In this document: positions 1-10,355 of the stretch, one piece after another
Numbering within the stretch: the first letter of the stretch is position 1
Layout of the letters: the number at the start of each line of letters is the position of its first letter
Assembly (NCBI GenBank): GCA_965223425.1
Contig: OZ245003.1
Location: 1,120,001-1,184,000, forward strand
Direction of reading: 5' to 3'
DNA: 64,000 nucleotides
DNA from: Nitrosopumilus sp.
GTDB lineage: Archaea > Thermoproteota > Nitrososphaeria > Nitrososphaerales > Nitrosopumilaceae
Made by a program: the position numbers and the translations under genes
Notes under the pieces: model-generated
Databases searched by the model: none
The model's input: only the letters and a program-made list of their open reading frames with translations
What the model was told of the DNA's origin: nothing

Positions 1-259
1 TTTTTGTGCGGTTTTTTCAGTTACACATGCATGATCTCCATTTGAGCGAATTACATGCACACGATTCTCGTTACACTGTATGTCCTCAGGCTCCGCCGTT
101 TTTGATTTGCTACAACGGGGGGGAGATAATCAGAATACGATAAGAGAGCAAAGGAGACACACAACACAAGTACGGCAAGCAGTGGCAATCCTAAAATGGA
201 TTTTCCATTCATTGAGGAATCTAAAAATTTAACTCATTAAAGCGATCCTACTGATCCGG

Positions 260-393
260 TCTTCCCAGAAGTACCAGGTTTCCTTCTGAACTGTAACCCG
301 TAATTCGTGATTCTACAGATTTTGGGCGTGTGTGATTCTTTGTAGTAGAAAGTTTCTCCTCTTGGTAATCTCTACGAAGTACTTCTGGGAAGA
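260..393. mobile_element. Putative MITE (~134 bp)
   Basis: Perfect 15-bp inverted repeat TCTTCCCAGAAGTAC (260-274) / GTACTTCTGGGAAGA (379-393); no ORF; no clear TSD. Confidence 0.5.
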
Positions 394-427
394 TTGAAAA
401 ATAAGTAAACTATTAAAGTATTATTCG

Positions 428-1075
428 TTGTCTAAACATATGTCCGATCCACAATCTGAATTAGATATTTTTAACAGAATATCAACAGAGCAAATTATTG
501 AATTGGGTAATTATTTTGATGACAGTATTTTATCCCCCTCTCCTAATTTATCTAAATTAAAGAAGATTTTAGACAAGGATTTTGAAATAAGTAGTGTTAA
601 AGAATTAATATCCATATTTTACAACTTTGCCATAAGTAAACGCAATCCAGATAAAATTTTTAAAATTATCACCACTTCAAAATTAGATGAAGACAAAAAG
701 AAAATGTTAAAAGAAATTGTTCAAAAAATTCATGATAAAATTAATTTGGATGATGTGTCTATCAGCCTAACCGCTAATTTTCTTCATACATTTGGACATG
801 CACATATTCATGGTTTTAAGACGGTCACAGAATTTAGACCAATTTCTAATGGAAGGGAGGGAATTAAAAAAATCATTCCTTCTTTAGTTGTAAGTATCAA
901 TACCCATGAATCAGATAATGGTGTTGATAATGTGATTAACTTTCAATTAACTCTAAAAGATGCTAAAAAACTAATTGAGGAATTAAATAGTGGCTCTGAT
1001 TTATTAAAAACTGAAATACAAGATTTCCGTAATAAATTTGGTGAAGATATAATTGATCGAAAATATTTGGGATGA
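428..1075 (+). CDS. Hypothetical protein, COMM-domain-like (helical N-terminus plus beta-beta-beta-alpha C-terminus)
   Basis: 215-aa ORF (ATG alternative at 440). C-terminus HIHGFKTVTEFRPI...IPSLVVSINT...VINFQLTLKDAKKLIEEL resembles the COMM pattern. ORF is confident; fold is inferred. Confidence 0.6.
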   Translation: MSKHMSDPQSELDIFNRISTEQIIELGNYFDDSILSPSPNLSKLKKILDKDFEISSVKELISIFYNFAISKRNPDKIFKIITTSKLDEDKKKMLKEIVQKIHDKINLDDVSISLTANFLHTFGHAHIHGFKTVTEFRPISNGREGIKKIIPSLVVSINTHESDNGVDNVINFQLTLKDAKKLIEELNSGSDLLKTEIQDFRNKFGEDIIDRKYLG

Positions 1076-1508
1076 GTTGGAAGAAAAAACAACATTTAAA
1101 CAAAAAAATAAAGACATTAAACCATGGGATTTGGATAAGAGAGAATTTAATTTACATGATCTGCATATTTGGATCGAGGAGGACAGTAGACAAAACTTGA
1201 ATTGTTTTTATGATTTTGCTAAGGAAAGAAATGAATTACAAAACATTTCAACATCTAATGAACCAACAGACAATGAAAACATAAAAAATAAAAATGCCTT
1301 TGAGGATTTTGTAAAAACCAATTTGGAAAATCCTCAATTTAAAAATAAGTTTGTGGCATTTGTTGATGGAGAATTTCAAAATAGTGGAGATAAAAGAAAT
1401 GCGTTAATTGAAAAAATGTATGATAAATTTGGTAATGTAGACATGTATGTAGACAAAGTCACAGACCAAAAGAAAGTTGTTCTAATTGATACTCCTGAAT
1501 TTAATTGA
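1053..1508 (+). CDS. DUF5678-like protein with N-terminal extension
   Basis: C-terminal FKNKFVAFVDGEFQNSGDKRNALIEKMYDKFGNVDMYVDKV fits DUF5678; overlaps the upstream gene by 23 nt; lies directly upstream of an aspartyl protease gene, a typical context. Confidence 0.7.
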   Translation: MIENIWDELEEKTTFKQKNKDIKPWDLDKREFNLHDLHIWIEEDSRQNLNCFYDFAKERNELQNISTSNEPTDNENIKNKNAFEDFVKTNLENPQFKNKFVAFVDGEFQNSGDKRNALIEKMYDKFGNVDMYVDKVTDQKKVVLIDTPEFN

Positions 1509-1912
1509 CATTGAAATTTAGACATAACAAGGTAGACAATCCTAGCTCTTTGGTTCTAGATCTAACTGTGTGGAACAAATTTGGAAAATCTTCCCCAGAA
1601 AAAGGAAAAATAGATACTGGTGCAAGTCATACAGTGATACCAGATTACCTTGTCAATACTTTACATCTAAAAAAGACAAGAGAAACAGTTGTAAAAACTG
1701 TGAGTGGAATGGAATCAACACATTACAATTATTTTGTCAGTATTCAAATTGGCAACATAAAGTTTGATAGATTTGAAGTGGTCGCAATGCCAAAAGAATA
1801 TGTTCTTTTAGGCAGAGATTTAATTAATTTATGGAAGTTAGAAATAGATGGAGAATTTGAGACATATTCAATAGAACCTTGGTCAACAAATCCTGATGAT
1901 GTTAAAGAGTAA
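1505..1912 (+). CDS. Retropepsin-like (clan AA) aspartyl protease
   Basis: IDTGAS catalytic motif and LLGRD motif; TTG start overlaps the upstream TGA. Confidence 0.9.
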   Translation: MTLKFRHNKVDNPSSLVLDLTVWNKFGKSSPEKGKIDTGASHTVIPDYLVNTLHLKKTRETVVKTVSGMESTHYNYFVSIQIGNIKFDRFEVVAMPKEYVLLGRDLINLWKLEIDGEFETYSIEPWSTNPDDVKE

Positions 1913-2388
1913 AAACGATTAGTTGAGACTTGGGCATAATGATTTGCAAGAATAAATCCAAATGATTAACAACAAAGCACTTTCTTTACAATCTAGGAAT
2001 CTCGTCATAATCACAGGACTTCTCCCATAAGAAATCATTTCCCAGTCTACGAACCTTTCTGTGTGCCTTTCCGAATCAGGATAGTTACACTTTGTATATT
2101 TTGATAATGAGACCTCAATGGAATCTGAGTGATACCCACATCCCTAAGAAAGAAAAGGTGTCAGACCTACCAGTACAACTTCCTAGTTTGTTGCATAACT
2201 TGGATCCTAGGCACGAAATTTACCCAACTTTTGACTGGATTAGGCGTGTTATGCAACAAACTACGGCGAATCGTGTCCTTTAAGCATCGCATCTGCCATC
2301 CCAAACAGCTGTCTGAATGAAACGTCGAGGACTGTTCTCAGTACGGCTATCATCGACCTTGCCAATCCGAACCTGTGCTGGCATGACC

Positions 2389-3463
2389 GGGGTTGTTGCC
2401 AAATTCACATCTAAGCTGCCACCACCACAATATTCTGCCTTGCTGCACACTCCAAACGGTTTAACACCTCAAGGTTCCATCCTATTGTCTTGCACAGTCC
2501 AAACCGCCTTCTTGTGGATGTCTTTCTGAACCTGCACAGCAACCGGTGACCTTCTGTCTCCTCTGCTCCAAATATTCCCTCTATCATGCCTCGTTTCTTG
2601 TAGATCTCCACGTCAAACAGTCCTGCGGCCTTTTTCCTGAACTTTTTTGTTCTGTTCACGGCATTGCCCCTCTGCTTTATGTTCGGGGTCATGCCGGCAC
2701 CAAAGACAAGCTTGCAGTTCCTATCAGAATCATACCCCCTGTCTGCATTGAACCTGCCTGCAAAGGCAATGCCTGTCTTTTTGATCTTCTTTAGCAGCGA
2801 GGCAAAGACTGTAGTGTCTGCCATCCTGTTGGATGTGATGCGGCAGGAGAGTATGACCTGCAGGCCCAGTACCGAGGCCACGTGCCATTTCAGGTATTTC
2901 TTTTGACGCTTTGCCTCCTGTTGTGCCTGTTTCTGGCCTTTTTTTTGCACTCTTTCATACCTGTCAGTGGCAACGCCGCTGCTGTCTGATGCCAGCGTGA
3001 GATCAGAGGCATCAAATCCTGCAAGGCACGATGCTGCCGTGCAGGCAATGATATCTTCAAGCCATGCAACAGGAATCTTTTGCATGAACTTGGAGACAGT
3101 AGTGTGATCAGGTACGGGTTCGTCCCACGGCAGCTTAAGCTTGGATACAAGGTTCTCCATATCCCGGTATGTGTAGTTTAGACATACCATGAGTATGCAG
3201 ATGCATGCCAGCTTGTTCCTGCTGTGAACCCGGTTGCGTCCAGGACCGGACTGTCTGTCCCGGACAGGACACGGATTTTTCACAATCAAAGAAACTATAT
3301 GGGACGTGAGAAAATCCAGTTCTTGGGTGTGGGCCTCGTGATAGTACTTCCAGTACTGATCACGTCTCTTATGATCACTCATTAGAGAACTCACATCCTC
3401 TCTGATCAATATGTGTACAAAATCACAAAATTAGATCATGGGGGTGAATTTGGCAACAACCCC
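2389..3463 (-). mobile_element. Intact IS5-family insertion sequence
   Basis: Perfect 20-bp TIR GGGGTTGTTGCCAAATTCAC (2389-2408 / 3444-3463); 9-bp TSD GGCATGACC (2380-2388, 3464-3472). Confidence 0.92.
2411..3382 (-). CDS. IS5-family DDE transposase
   Basis: VPDHTT, DSSG, KWHV, ADRGYDS and R-x-x-IE-x-x-F motifs; ATG at 3382 (open frame extends to 3409). Confidence 0.9.
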   Translation of the reverse strand: MSDHKRRDQYWKYYHEAHTQELDFLTSHIVSLIVKNPCPVRDRQSGPGRNRVHSRNKLACICILMVCLNYTYRDMENLVSKLKLPWDEPVPDHTTVSKFMQKIPVAWLEDIIACTAASCLAGFDASDLTLASDSSGVATDRYERVQKKGQKQAQQEAKRQKKYLKWHVASVLGLQVILSCRITSNRMADTTVFASLLKKIKKTGIAFAGRFNADRGYDSDRNCKLVFGAGMTPNIKQRGNAVNRTKKFRKKAAGLFDVEIYKKRGMIEGIFGAEETEGHRLLCRFRKTSTRRRFGLCKTIGWNLEVLNRLECAARQNIVVVAA

Positions 3464-4449
3464 GGCATGACCTCTTGCGGTACATGCAGAGGAGACGATG
3501 TCCCTCTGCCTCCTCTACTGTCAGTAACTAACTTTCCCTGCGCACACCTTGGGCACATGCAGAGGAGACGATGTCCCTCTGTCTCCTCTGCCCCGAAGAT
3601 CCCCTCGATGAGTTCCCTGCCTGTACGTCTCCTCGTCAAAGAGCTGCGCTGCCCGCCTCCTGTGGAACTTGCCGCGGTTTGTTGCACCCCTTCTCTGCTT
3701 TTGATGTGTAGGGGATCATTCTCATCCCAAAGACCGTCTTGCAGTTCTTGCCAGAGTCGTATCTCATGTCAGCGCACAGTACGGAACCCACCAGCGGCAT
3801 GATTCGTCGACGCACATGCGCGCAGTCTGGGCAAGTATCAGATCCATCCATCCTGTCCTGATGCGCTGAAGGTACCTGGCAATCGTGGTGTGGTCAGGCA
3901 CCGGCTTCCTCCAAGGCAGGTCCCGGTGCGGCACCAGGTTCTGCATGTACCGGTACGTGGCATTCAGCATGACTGTCAGCATGCACACGCAATGCATCTT
4001 GGCATCAGAGCGGACTGCCTTGCGCCCCCCGGTGTTGTTTCTTGCCGGCGGGGAGGGGAGGAGGAGGAGGGGTTGTTTTTGATCAAAAAACTAATTTGTC
4101 TGTCAGGAATCTTAGTTCCTGTGTGTGCCAGATGGTAACTTTTCCAGTAACCATCTTTTCGTTTATTCATTGAAGGGGCACACACACTCCTGATCCAAAT
4201 GCGGCGCTGTCAAAAAGACGTAATTTGGCACTCAGAGGGAATTACGCAACAACTTCTGATCATTGGCCAATTCAAAATACGTGGTAGGTTTTAGGTGTGT
4301 TGTGCAACAATAGGAGGAGGAGGGAAGTGAACTACTTTTAGGATCCCACACATCTGAAGATCGTGCAATATCTTAATGAATGGTGGATATAGTTGATCTC
4401 TTCAAAAGGGAGGGCATAAATTCTAGATTCTAAATAAAAAAATGAAACT

Positions 4450-5202
4450 ATGAGTGGTGAAACTGAAAGTACTTTCTCAAACTTTGGTGTTTATGTCATT
4501 AGTGAGGATCTTGAACTATCGCTTCCCAACACAACGATCAAAATTCAACGAATAGGGGAAAATGCTTTTTCATATTTTAGAAAAGACTCTGAAGGAAAAA
4601 TTGTAGAAAAAATGATTCCTGCAAAATCAAATGAAATCCAAATTGAGATGGCCCCTATACGGCCATTAAATCATCCAGCCAGACGAACTGGTTATGTTTT
4701 TTTGAAATTTGATAAAGAAATCTATCTTAGGGAGAATTCTGCTGCAAGTATTTTTGTTCATTGTCCAATTGAGGTTGGAATTTTTTTAATTGATGGATCT
4801 AATCGCGAATCTTTGGACTGGGTTACCTGTAACCCCATAAATTCTAGATTTGGCCTTTATGGCTCTCCTGACACCGGCACATTATGCAAATATGCCCAAG
4901 TATCATTGGCTACTGACTACAGTGACTCTGTTCCATATGTTGAAGGTGTCATGAAAATTATTATTGAAAATACTCTAAAAACTGGCCAAACAGTCAGTAA
5001 AGTGATTTTTCCAATCACTGACAACTCACTATATTATGAAGAATCAAAAACAATAGTTGATGGTATCAAAGTTACTCTTCGAAAGAGAGCAGCAGTCAGT
5101 ATTGCAGATATCAAAACTGATCCTGTTGATACGGACTGGACTAAATCCCCTACATGGGAAGACACCACTGTTAGTACCGCCATGGAGATGAGATTAGAAT
5201 AA
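4450..5202 (+). CDS. DUF432-domain protein
   Basis: PIEVGIF and LYGSPDTGTLCKY motifs; coupled to mscS as commonly seen in archaea. Confidence 0.8.
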   Translation: MSGETESTFSNFGVYVISEDLELSLPNTTIKIQRIGENAFSYFRKDSEGKIVEKMIPAKSNEIQIEMAPIRPLNHPARRTGYVFLKFDKEIYLRENSAASIFVHCPIEVGIFLIDGSNRESLDWVTCNPINSRFGLYGSPDTGTLCKYAQVSLATDYSDSVPYVEGVMKIIIENTLKTGQTVSKVIFPITDNSLYYEESKTIVDGIKVTLRKRAAVSIADIKTDPVDTDWTKSPTWEDTTVSTAMEMRLE

Positions 5203-6026
5203 TGCCCTTAGAATTCCTTCAGAGTTTATCTGGCATGCAAATTGTTGGTACTCTGACTGTTCTCTCATTGTTGATTGGAGGAATTATCATGGCAATAGGC
5301 GTCATTGTTGCCAAAATTGCCAAACTATTGTTTTACAAATATTATGCGCCAACATTACCAAAAGATACTGCACAAAATCTCAGCAAATTAATTTACTTTG
5401 GAATAATAATACTCTCCTTTTTGGCATTCACATCAAGTCAGGGAATTGATCTATCTGGGTTGATGGTTGCAGGAGGAATCTTTGCCGTAGTGATTGGATT
5501 TGCAACACAATCAGTTGTTTCTAATTTAATTTCAGGTATTTTCCTTATTGTTGAAAAACCAGCAAAACATGGAGATACAATCCATCTGCCTGATATGGGA
5601 ATTTATGGAACCCTGTTAGATATTGGAACCTTTTCTAGCAGGGTTAGAAAGTTTGATGGAACCATAATTCGAATTCCTAACGAAAAATTCTTTACATCCA
5701 ATATTCGCTCGCTTACTGTTTCAGTCGTTCGAAGGGCAAAAGTATCGGTAGGAATTTCCTACAAAACTGACATTGAAAATGCAATATCTGTAATTAAAAA
5801 AGAGATTGAACTTAGCATGCCTTTTGTGCTTCGTGTTCCAGAACCTGAATTCTGGGTAAATGAACTTGGTGATTCAAGTGTAAATATTCAGGTGCTAGTA
5901 TGGCATCCTAAGGATGATTGGAGTCAGGCACAGCCCATCTTGCTTACTACAATAAAACGTGCATTAGACAGGGCCGGAATAGAGATCCCGTTCCCACAGC
6001 GTGTTGTTTGGGAAGCAAAAGACTAG
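5202..6026 (+). CDS. mscS: Small-conductance mechanosensitive channel (MscS family)
   Basis: Three TM helices, IGFATQSVVSNLISG, IRIPNEKF, GIEIPFPQR. Confidence 0.95.
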   Translation: MPLEFLQSLSGMQIVGTLTVLSLLIGGIIMAIGVIVAKIAKLLFYKYYAPTLPKDTAQNLSKLIYFGIIILSFLAFTSSQGIDLSGLMVAGGIFAVVIGFATQSVVSNLISGIFLIVEKPAKHGDTIHLPDMGIYGTLLDIGTFSSRVRKFDGTIIRIPNEKFFTSNIRSLTVSVVRRAKVSVGISYKTDIENAISVIKKEIELSMPFVLRVPEPEFWVNELGDSSVNIQVLVWHPKDDWSQAQPILLTTIKRALDRAGIEIPFPQRVVWEAKD

Positions 6027-6027
6027 T

Positions 6028-6324
6028 TTATGCAGTATTTGCGGCAACCTGTTTTTTCTCGCGTCTCTTCTTAATCAGGCTAAACATTATCATTCCAACG
6101 TTGATAATTGAAATAATTTCAATCAAGTCTACTCCGTACAAGAACCAATCAATAACTGGATGAACTCTTGATACAATCCCTGCCTCCAACATAATGTCTG
6201 CATTCCAAACCATGTGTGGAATTTGAATGAATTGTATTATTGCGATGACAATAACACTTCCTAGAATTTTATTCTCATACCATTTCCAAAATTTATTCCA
6301 TGCGTTCATGGTATCATTTGGCAA
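6028..6324 (-). CDS. Small membrane protein
   Basis: 98 aa with two hydrophobic segments and a basic C-terminal tail. Confidence 0.75.
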   Translation of the reverse strand: MPNDTMNAWNKFWKWYENKILGSVIVIAIIQFIQIPHMVWNADIMLEAGIVSRVHPVIDWFLYGVDLIEIISIINVGMIMFSLIKKRREKKQVAANTA

Positions 6325-6422
6325 TTAATTCTATTAAACGCTCTGAAAATTAGATTCAACTAATTAGACCCTCCTAATTTTTTTAGGTGTAAAAACAATT
6401 AGTTAAAACTAATTAGTACAAA

Positions 6423-7817
6423 CTAATTTTCAGCTTTAATGTTTTCTTTTTTCATCCAGACTGTTCTGTCTTTGTGATCAATTAATTCAACATTCATTTC
6501 ATTTAGATCATCACGAACTTTATCTGCATCTTCAAATTGTTTTTCTTTTCTAAGCTGTTCTCTGCTTTGAATTAAATTATCTATTTCTTGTTTTTCATTT
6601 TCAGTCATTTCCGGAATGACCAATCCTAAAATTTCTGACATTCTCTTAAATTCTTTTTTAATTAACTGTGCATCCTCTCTCCCAAGCTTTTCTTCAGCTG
6701 CTAGTCTGTTGGCTTCTTTAACAAGTTGGAAAAATGCAGATAATGCAAGATGTGTGTTAAAATCGCCTTCTAATGCAGTATCAAACTTTGTTCCTGCTTT
6801 TTCAATAGTTTTGTTAACCTCTTCATGATTTTTGCTATCTGCATGAATTAGTTCATAATAGCATGTTTCAACCTGTCTCCATTTTATGAGATTCTCTTTT
6901 AGTAATTCTTCAGAATAGTCAATTGGTTTTGAATAGTGCCCTGACAAACAAAATAATCTAATGATGTTGGGGCCCCAGTTTTCTAATACATGACTGACTG
7001 ATTTTATATTTCCAAGTGATTTTGACATCTTTTCTCCGTTAATTGTTACCATCCCTACATGCATCCAAACTTTTGCAAATGGTGAATTTGCATATGATTC
7101 AGACTGAGCTATTTCATTTTCGTGATGCGGGAAAATCAAGTCTCTTCCCCCACCGTGAATATCAAAATTTTCTCCAAGATACTTTATGCTCATTGCAGAA
7201 CACTCAATATGCCATCCTGGCCTACCTTTGCCCCATGGACTATCCCATACAGGTTCGGCATCTGAGAACTTCCACAATGCAAAATCTAATGGATCGTTTT
7301 TTGATTCATCTATCTCAATTCTAGCTCCTGATTGCAGTCCGTCTATCCTCTTTTTTGACAGCTTTCCGTATTCCGAAAATTTTGATACTGAGAAATAAAC
7401 TCCATTTTTTGAAGCATATGCCGATTCTTTGTCAATTAATTTTTCAATGAACTTGATAATATCTTCTATATGCTCTGTAGCTTTTGGATAGTTTGTCGCA
7501 CGTTTTACATTTAACCCATCAAAGTCTTTAAAATAGTTATCAATGTATCTGCTGCTAATCGCTTCTGCAGTTGTGTTTTCTGTTTTTGCACGATTAATTA
7601 TTTTGTCATCTACGTCCGTAAAGTTTTGTATGAATTCAACCTCTGTCCCTTTTTCTTCCAAGTATTTTCTTAATACGTCAAAAACTATGATGGTTCTGGC
7701 ATGACCAATATGTGACTCGTCATACACGGTTACTCCGCAAAGGTAAATTCTGACTTTTTTTGAAATATCTAGCATCTGTTCAGAATTTGTTAGCGTATCT
7801 TGAAGGTTCATGTTCAT
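6423..7817 (-). CDS. cysS: Cysteine--tRNA ligase
   Basis: YLCGVTVYD, HIGH, PGWHIECSAM, KMSKS. Confidence 0.98.
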   Translation of the reverse strand: MNMNLQDTLTNSEQMLDISKKVRIYLCGVTVYDESHIGHARTIIVFDVLRKYLEEKGTEVEFIQNFTDVDDKIINRAKTENTTAEAISSRYIDNYFKDFDGLNVKRATNYPKATEHIEDIIKFIEKLIDKESAYASKNGVYFSVSKFSEYGKLSKKRIDGLQSGARIEIDESKNDPLDFALWKFSDAEPVWDSPWGKGRPGWHIECSAMSIKYLGENFDIHGGGRDLIFPHHENEIAQSESYANSPFAKVWMHVGMVTINGEKMSKSLGNIKSVSHVLENWGPNIIRLFCLSGHYSKPIDYSEELLKENLIKWRQVETCYYELIHADSKNHEEVNKTIEKAGTKFDTALEGDFNTHLALSAFFQLVKEANRLAAEEKLGREDAQLIKKEFKRMSEILGLVIPEMTENEKQEIDNLIQSREQLRKEKQFEDADKVRDDLNEMNVELIDHKDRTVWMKKENIKAEN

Positions 7818-8605
7818 TCTCTATCTGGTTTATGTGATGGCAATCTTTTATGTTCGCTGTTTTTGTTCAGCCCCGCTATTTTTTCCACAACTGTCTTTTC
7901 AATTTGATTAATTTTTGCCGTTTCCCCCACTGATAATTTTTTGTCAAATAGGCAATACAGAATCGGATCCATTTCTTCATAGGACATGCCTAACTCATCT
8001 TCTGCCCCGTGGTTTTTCCATAGGTGAGGGCTGCTCTTTTTTGAGATGACATTATCTGGCACTCCAAGGTGTTTTGCCATTTCTCTTACCTGTAATTTGT
8101 ATAACGAGATAATTGGGGTAAGATCTGATGCGCCATCTCCAAATTTTGTAAAATATCCAATCAGATGCTCACTTTTATCACTGGAACCTAGAACTAGATA
8201 GTCTTTGATGTTGGCATAATAATACAAAATATTGGTTCTAATTCTTGCACGAAGATTTCCTTTAGCTTTCTCATTTGGCTCAAGATACATGGAATATTCA
8301 TTTACAATTGGTTTGACATCAATTAACTTGTATTCTATTCCTGTTAATGCAATCATTTTGAGTGCGTCTTCAGTTTCCGTTTTTGGCGTGATTGACGTGT
8401 CTGGCATTATTAATGCCAGTGTATTTTCTTTTAGTTTTGTCTTGCATAGATACGCTAAAACTGCCGAATCAATTCCTCCACTTAATCCTAAAATGACTCC
8501 TTTGGACTGATTTTTTTCTATTTGTTCTAGCAGAAACTTTTCAATTGTATTTGTAATTTCTGAATAGTCCTGATCTTTGATTTTATTAATGATATCTTGA
8601 TTCAA
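7814..8605 (-). CDS. nadE: NH3-dependent NAD+ synthetase
   Basis: GLSGGIDS PP-loop, GNLRARIR, GYFTKFGDG. Confidence 0.97.
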   Translation of the reverse strand: MNQDIINKIKDQDYSEITNTIEKFLLEQIEKNQSKGVILGLSGGIDSAVLAYLCKTKLKENTLALIMPDTSITPKTETEDALKMIALTGIEYKLIDVKPIVNEYSMYLEPNEKAKGNLRARIRTNILYYYANIKDYLVLGSSDKSEHLIGYFTKFGDGASDLTPIISLYKLQVREMAKHLGVPDNVISKKSSPHLWKNHGAEDELGMSYEEMDPILYCLFDKKLSVGETAKINQIEKTVVEKIAGLNKNSEHKRLPSHKPDRE

Positions 8606-8659
8606 TAATTGATTTGTAGAATATACGAATAAAAATTATACCTAATATCGGATTTGAAT

Positions 8660-8920
8660 TATGGGGTCTGGGAAGCAAAAGTCTTTCTTAACATTGAAGA
8701 TCCTGCAGGAAACATAACGCGATTGGGATGCAATCACACAGTTCAGGTCATCTATTCCAAATACCGTGTTGTGCCTGTCTGGTATGTTGGCGCATGCCAG
8801 CATATTTCTCGCACCGTTTATGACATCTTGATGTGTGCCGGAGTTGTTTATCATCATCTGCGTCTCTGCTTGGTTTTTTGCCTGGGCAGCAAAATCACGG
8901 GGCCATGCCTCGGACTTTAG
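8660..8920. mobile_element. GC-richer foreign remnant, probably an IS fragment
   Basis: Abrupt composition shift between two AT-rich genes; only short unconvincing ORFs; family not recognised. Confidence 0.3.
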
Positions 8921-8921
8921 A

Positions 8922-9641
8922 TTAATCGTGGTTTGTTATGTCATCATAGTGTTTAATTGATTTTTGTAAGGTATCACTTGATATCATCCCATCAGTAATG
9001 ATTTTTTCATATAGTTCAGGATAAATAAATTCACGTTTAGAGTATTCAATAATTTTCTCATAATCTTCCTGAAAATAATGTGGGATTTCATCTGAACCTG
9101 ACGTGGATTTTGTAGGAAAATCATACGCAAATGCTAGCACATCATGCTTGAGACCCTTAGTTTTAAAATTATTCAGCGGCAAATGTATTTGAAGAAAATC
9201 AATCACTTCAGGTTTATTTATGAGCCATTGGTGAAGCCATTTTTCCTCCTCAATATTGTGATGAATCATTCTACCATACAGAAAAAATAAATCAAATCGA
9301 AGGATATTGTGTCCTATTATTTTGAGTCTGTCGTCGCCTGTGCCCCGTTGCAAATCCACTACAACATTGTAGAATTTTTGTAATAGTTCTTTTTCTCCCA
9401 TCTCCCATTCTTTTAGTCTGAATGTGTGGCCATTGTTAATTTTGTATGTAATGAGGATAGTTTTTCCATCAAATGGGGTGAGGCCTCCTCGCTCAAACCT
9501 CCAAAACTGATCCTTGTCTTCAGAATTCTTATGCAGTACACCTGAATCAATTGCCTCTTTTGTTTTGAAATACTCTTCTTTTGTGAATTGCGGAGCAGTT
9601 TCAATATCTAAAAAAAGATTTGGCATAAATAACATTGGCAT
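8922..9641 (-). CDS. Stand-alone DEDD/PolB-type 3'-5' exonuclease-like protein
   Basis: ExoI FLDIET, ExoII GHNILRFD, ExoIII-like IIEYSKRE. Confidence 0.8.
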   Translation of the reverse strand: MPMLFMPNLFLDIETAPQFTKEEYFKTKEAIDSGVLHKNSEDKDQFWRFERGGLTPFDGKTILITYKINNGHTFRLKEWEMGEKELLQKFYNVVVDLQRGTGDDRLKIIGHNILRFDLFFLYGRMIHHNIEEEKWLHQWLINKPEVIDFLQIHLPLNNFKTKGLKHDVLAFAYDFPTKSTSGSDEIPHYFQEDYEKIIEYSKREFIYPELYEKIITDGMISSDTLQKSIKHYDDITNHD

Positions 9642-9977
9642 GCTAAGAAATTAACATATCTCATGTTTGGGGCATATAATTCAAAAAATAGCTCCTTTTT
9701 AGGTTAATATGAAAATTGGGGAGTATGATCTTGACGAGAAAGATTCAACCAACGTAAATGCAATTATTTCAGATTTTCTCAATTTTACATGTAAAGTTAT
9801 CGATGGGATTGCAATTGGTGCTGGCTTTGCTTAAATTTTGAATTTCACACATGAAATTTGCGCAATTTTTCTGTTTTTTACTATTGCAAGATACAAGTAA
9901 CAGCAACAGTATTTCAGTCCGGCTTTGACACCCTTTTATTTATTCTACAGTGTTTTCTGGAGGTATTTTTTTTATGA

Positions 9978-10280
9978 TTAAATGTCAACATAAATACCGT
10001 CATCCCTTGCCTCTACAGAATATGTTTCTAATTTAACATCTTTGAGATAGTCTGTCAGTTCCCCTGTTTTGATATTGTAGTGCCAAAAATGTAATGGGCA
10101 TTCCACAATATCTCCCTCAAGTTTTCCAGGAGCAATTGAACCGTCTTGATGAACACAAAGATCATCTAGTGCATGATATCCGTCTTGATTGAATACTGCA
10201 ATTTGTTTTCCATCAATTTTGAAAGCTTTGCCTTTGCCTGCAGCAACTTCCCCTTTTTCGGCAATCTTTTTCCAAGTCAA
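9978..10280 (-). CDS. Rieske [2Fe-2S] ferredoxin
   Basis: CVHQ and CPLH motifs. Confidence 0.93.
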   Translation of the reverse strand: MTWKKIAEKGEVAAGKGKAFKIDGKQIAVFNQDGYHALDDLCVHQDGSIAPGKLEGDIVECPLHFWHYNIKTGELTDYLKDVKLETYSVEARDDGIYVDI

Positions 10281-10355
10281 TAATTTAGCGATATCTTTGT
10301 CATTTATTTACATTCGCATGATAGAATTTTATAGTCTTCTTCATGGGTTTGATCG

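Larger units (their letters stand above)
2280..4250 (-). mobile_element. Degenerate IS5-family element, split by the intact IS at 2389-3463
   Basis: Frameshifted fragments similar to the inner transposase (LPWRKPVPDHTT, ADMRYDS, IEGIFGAEETEGHRLLC) at 3473-4185 continue at 2280-2388; boundaries approximate. Confidence 0.7.
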
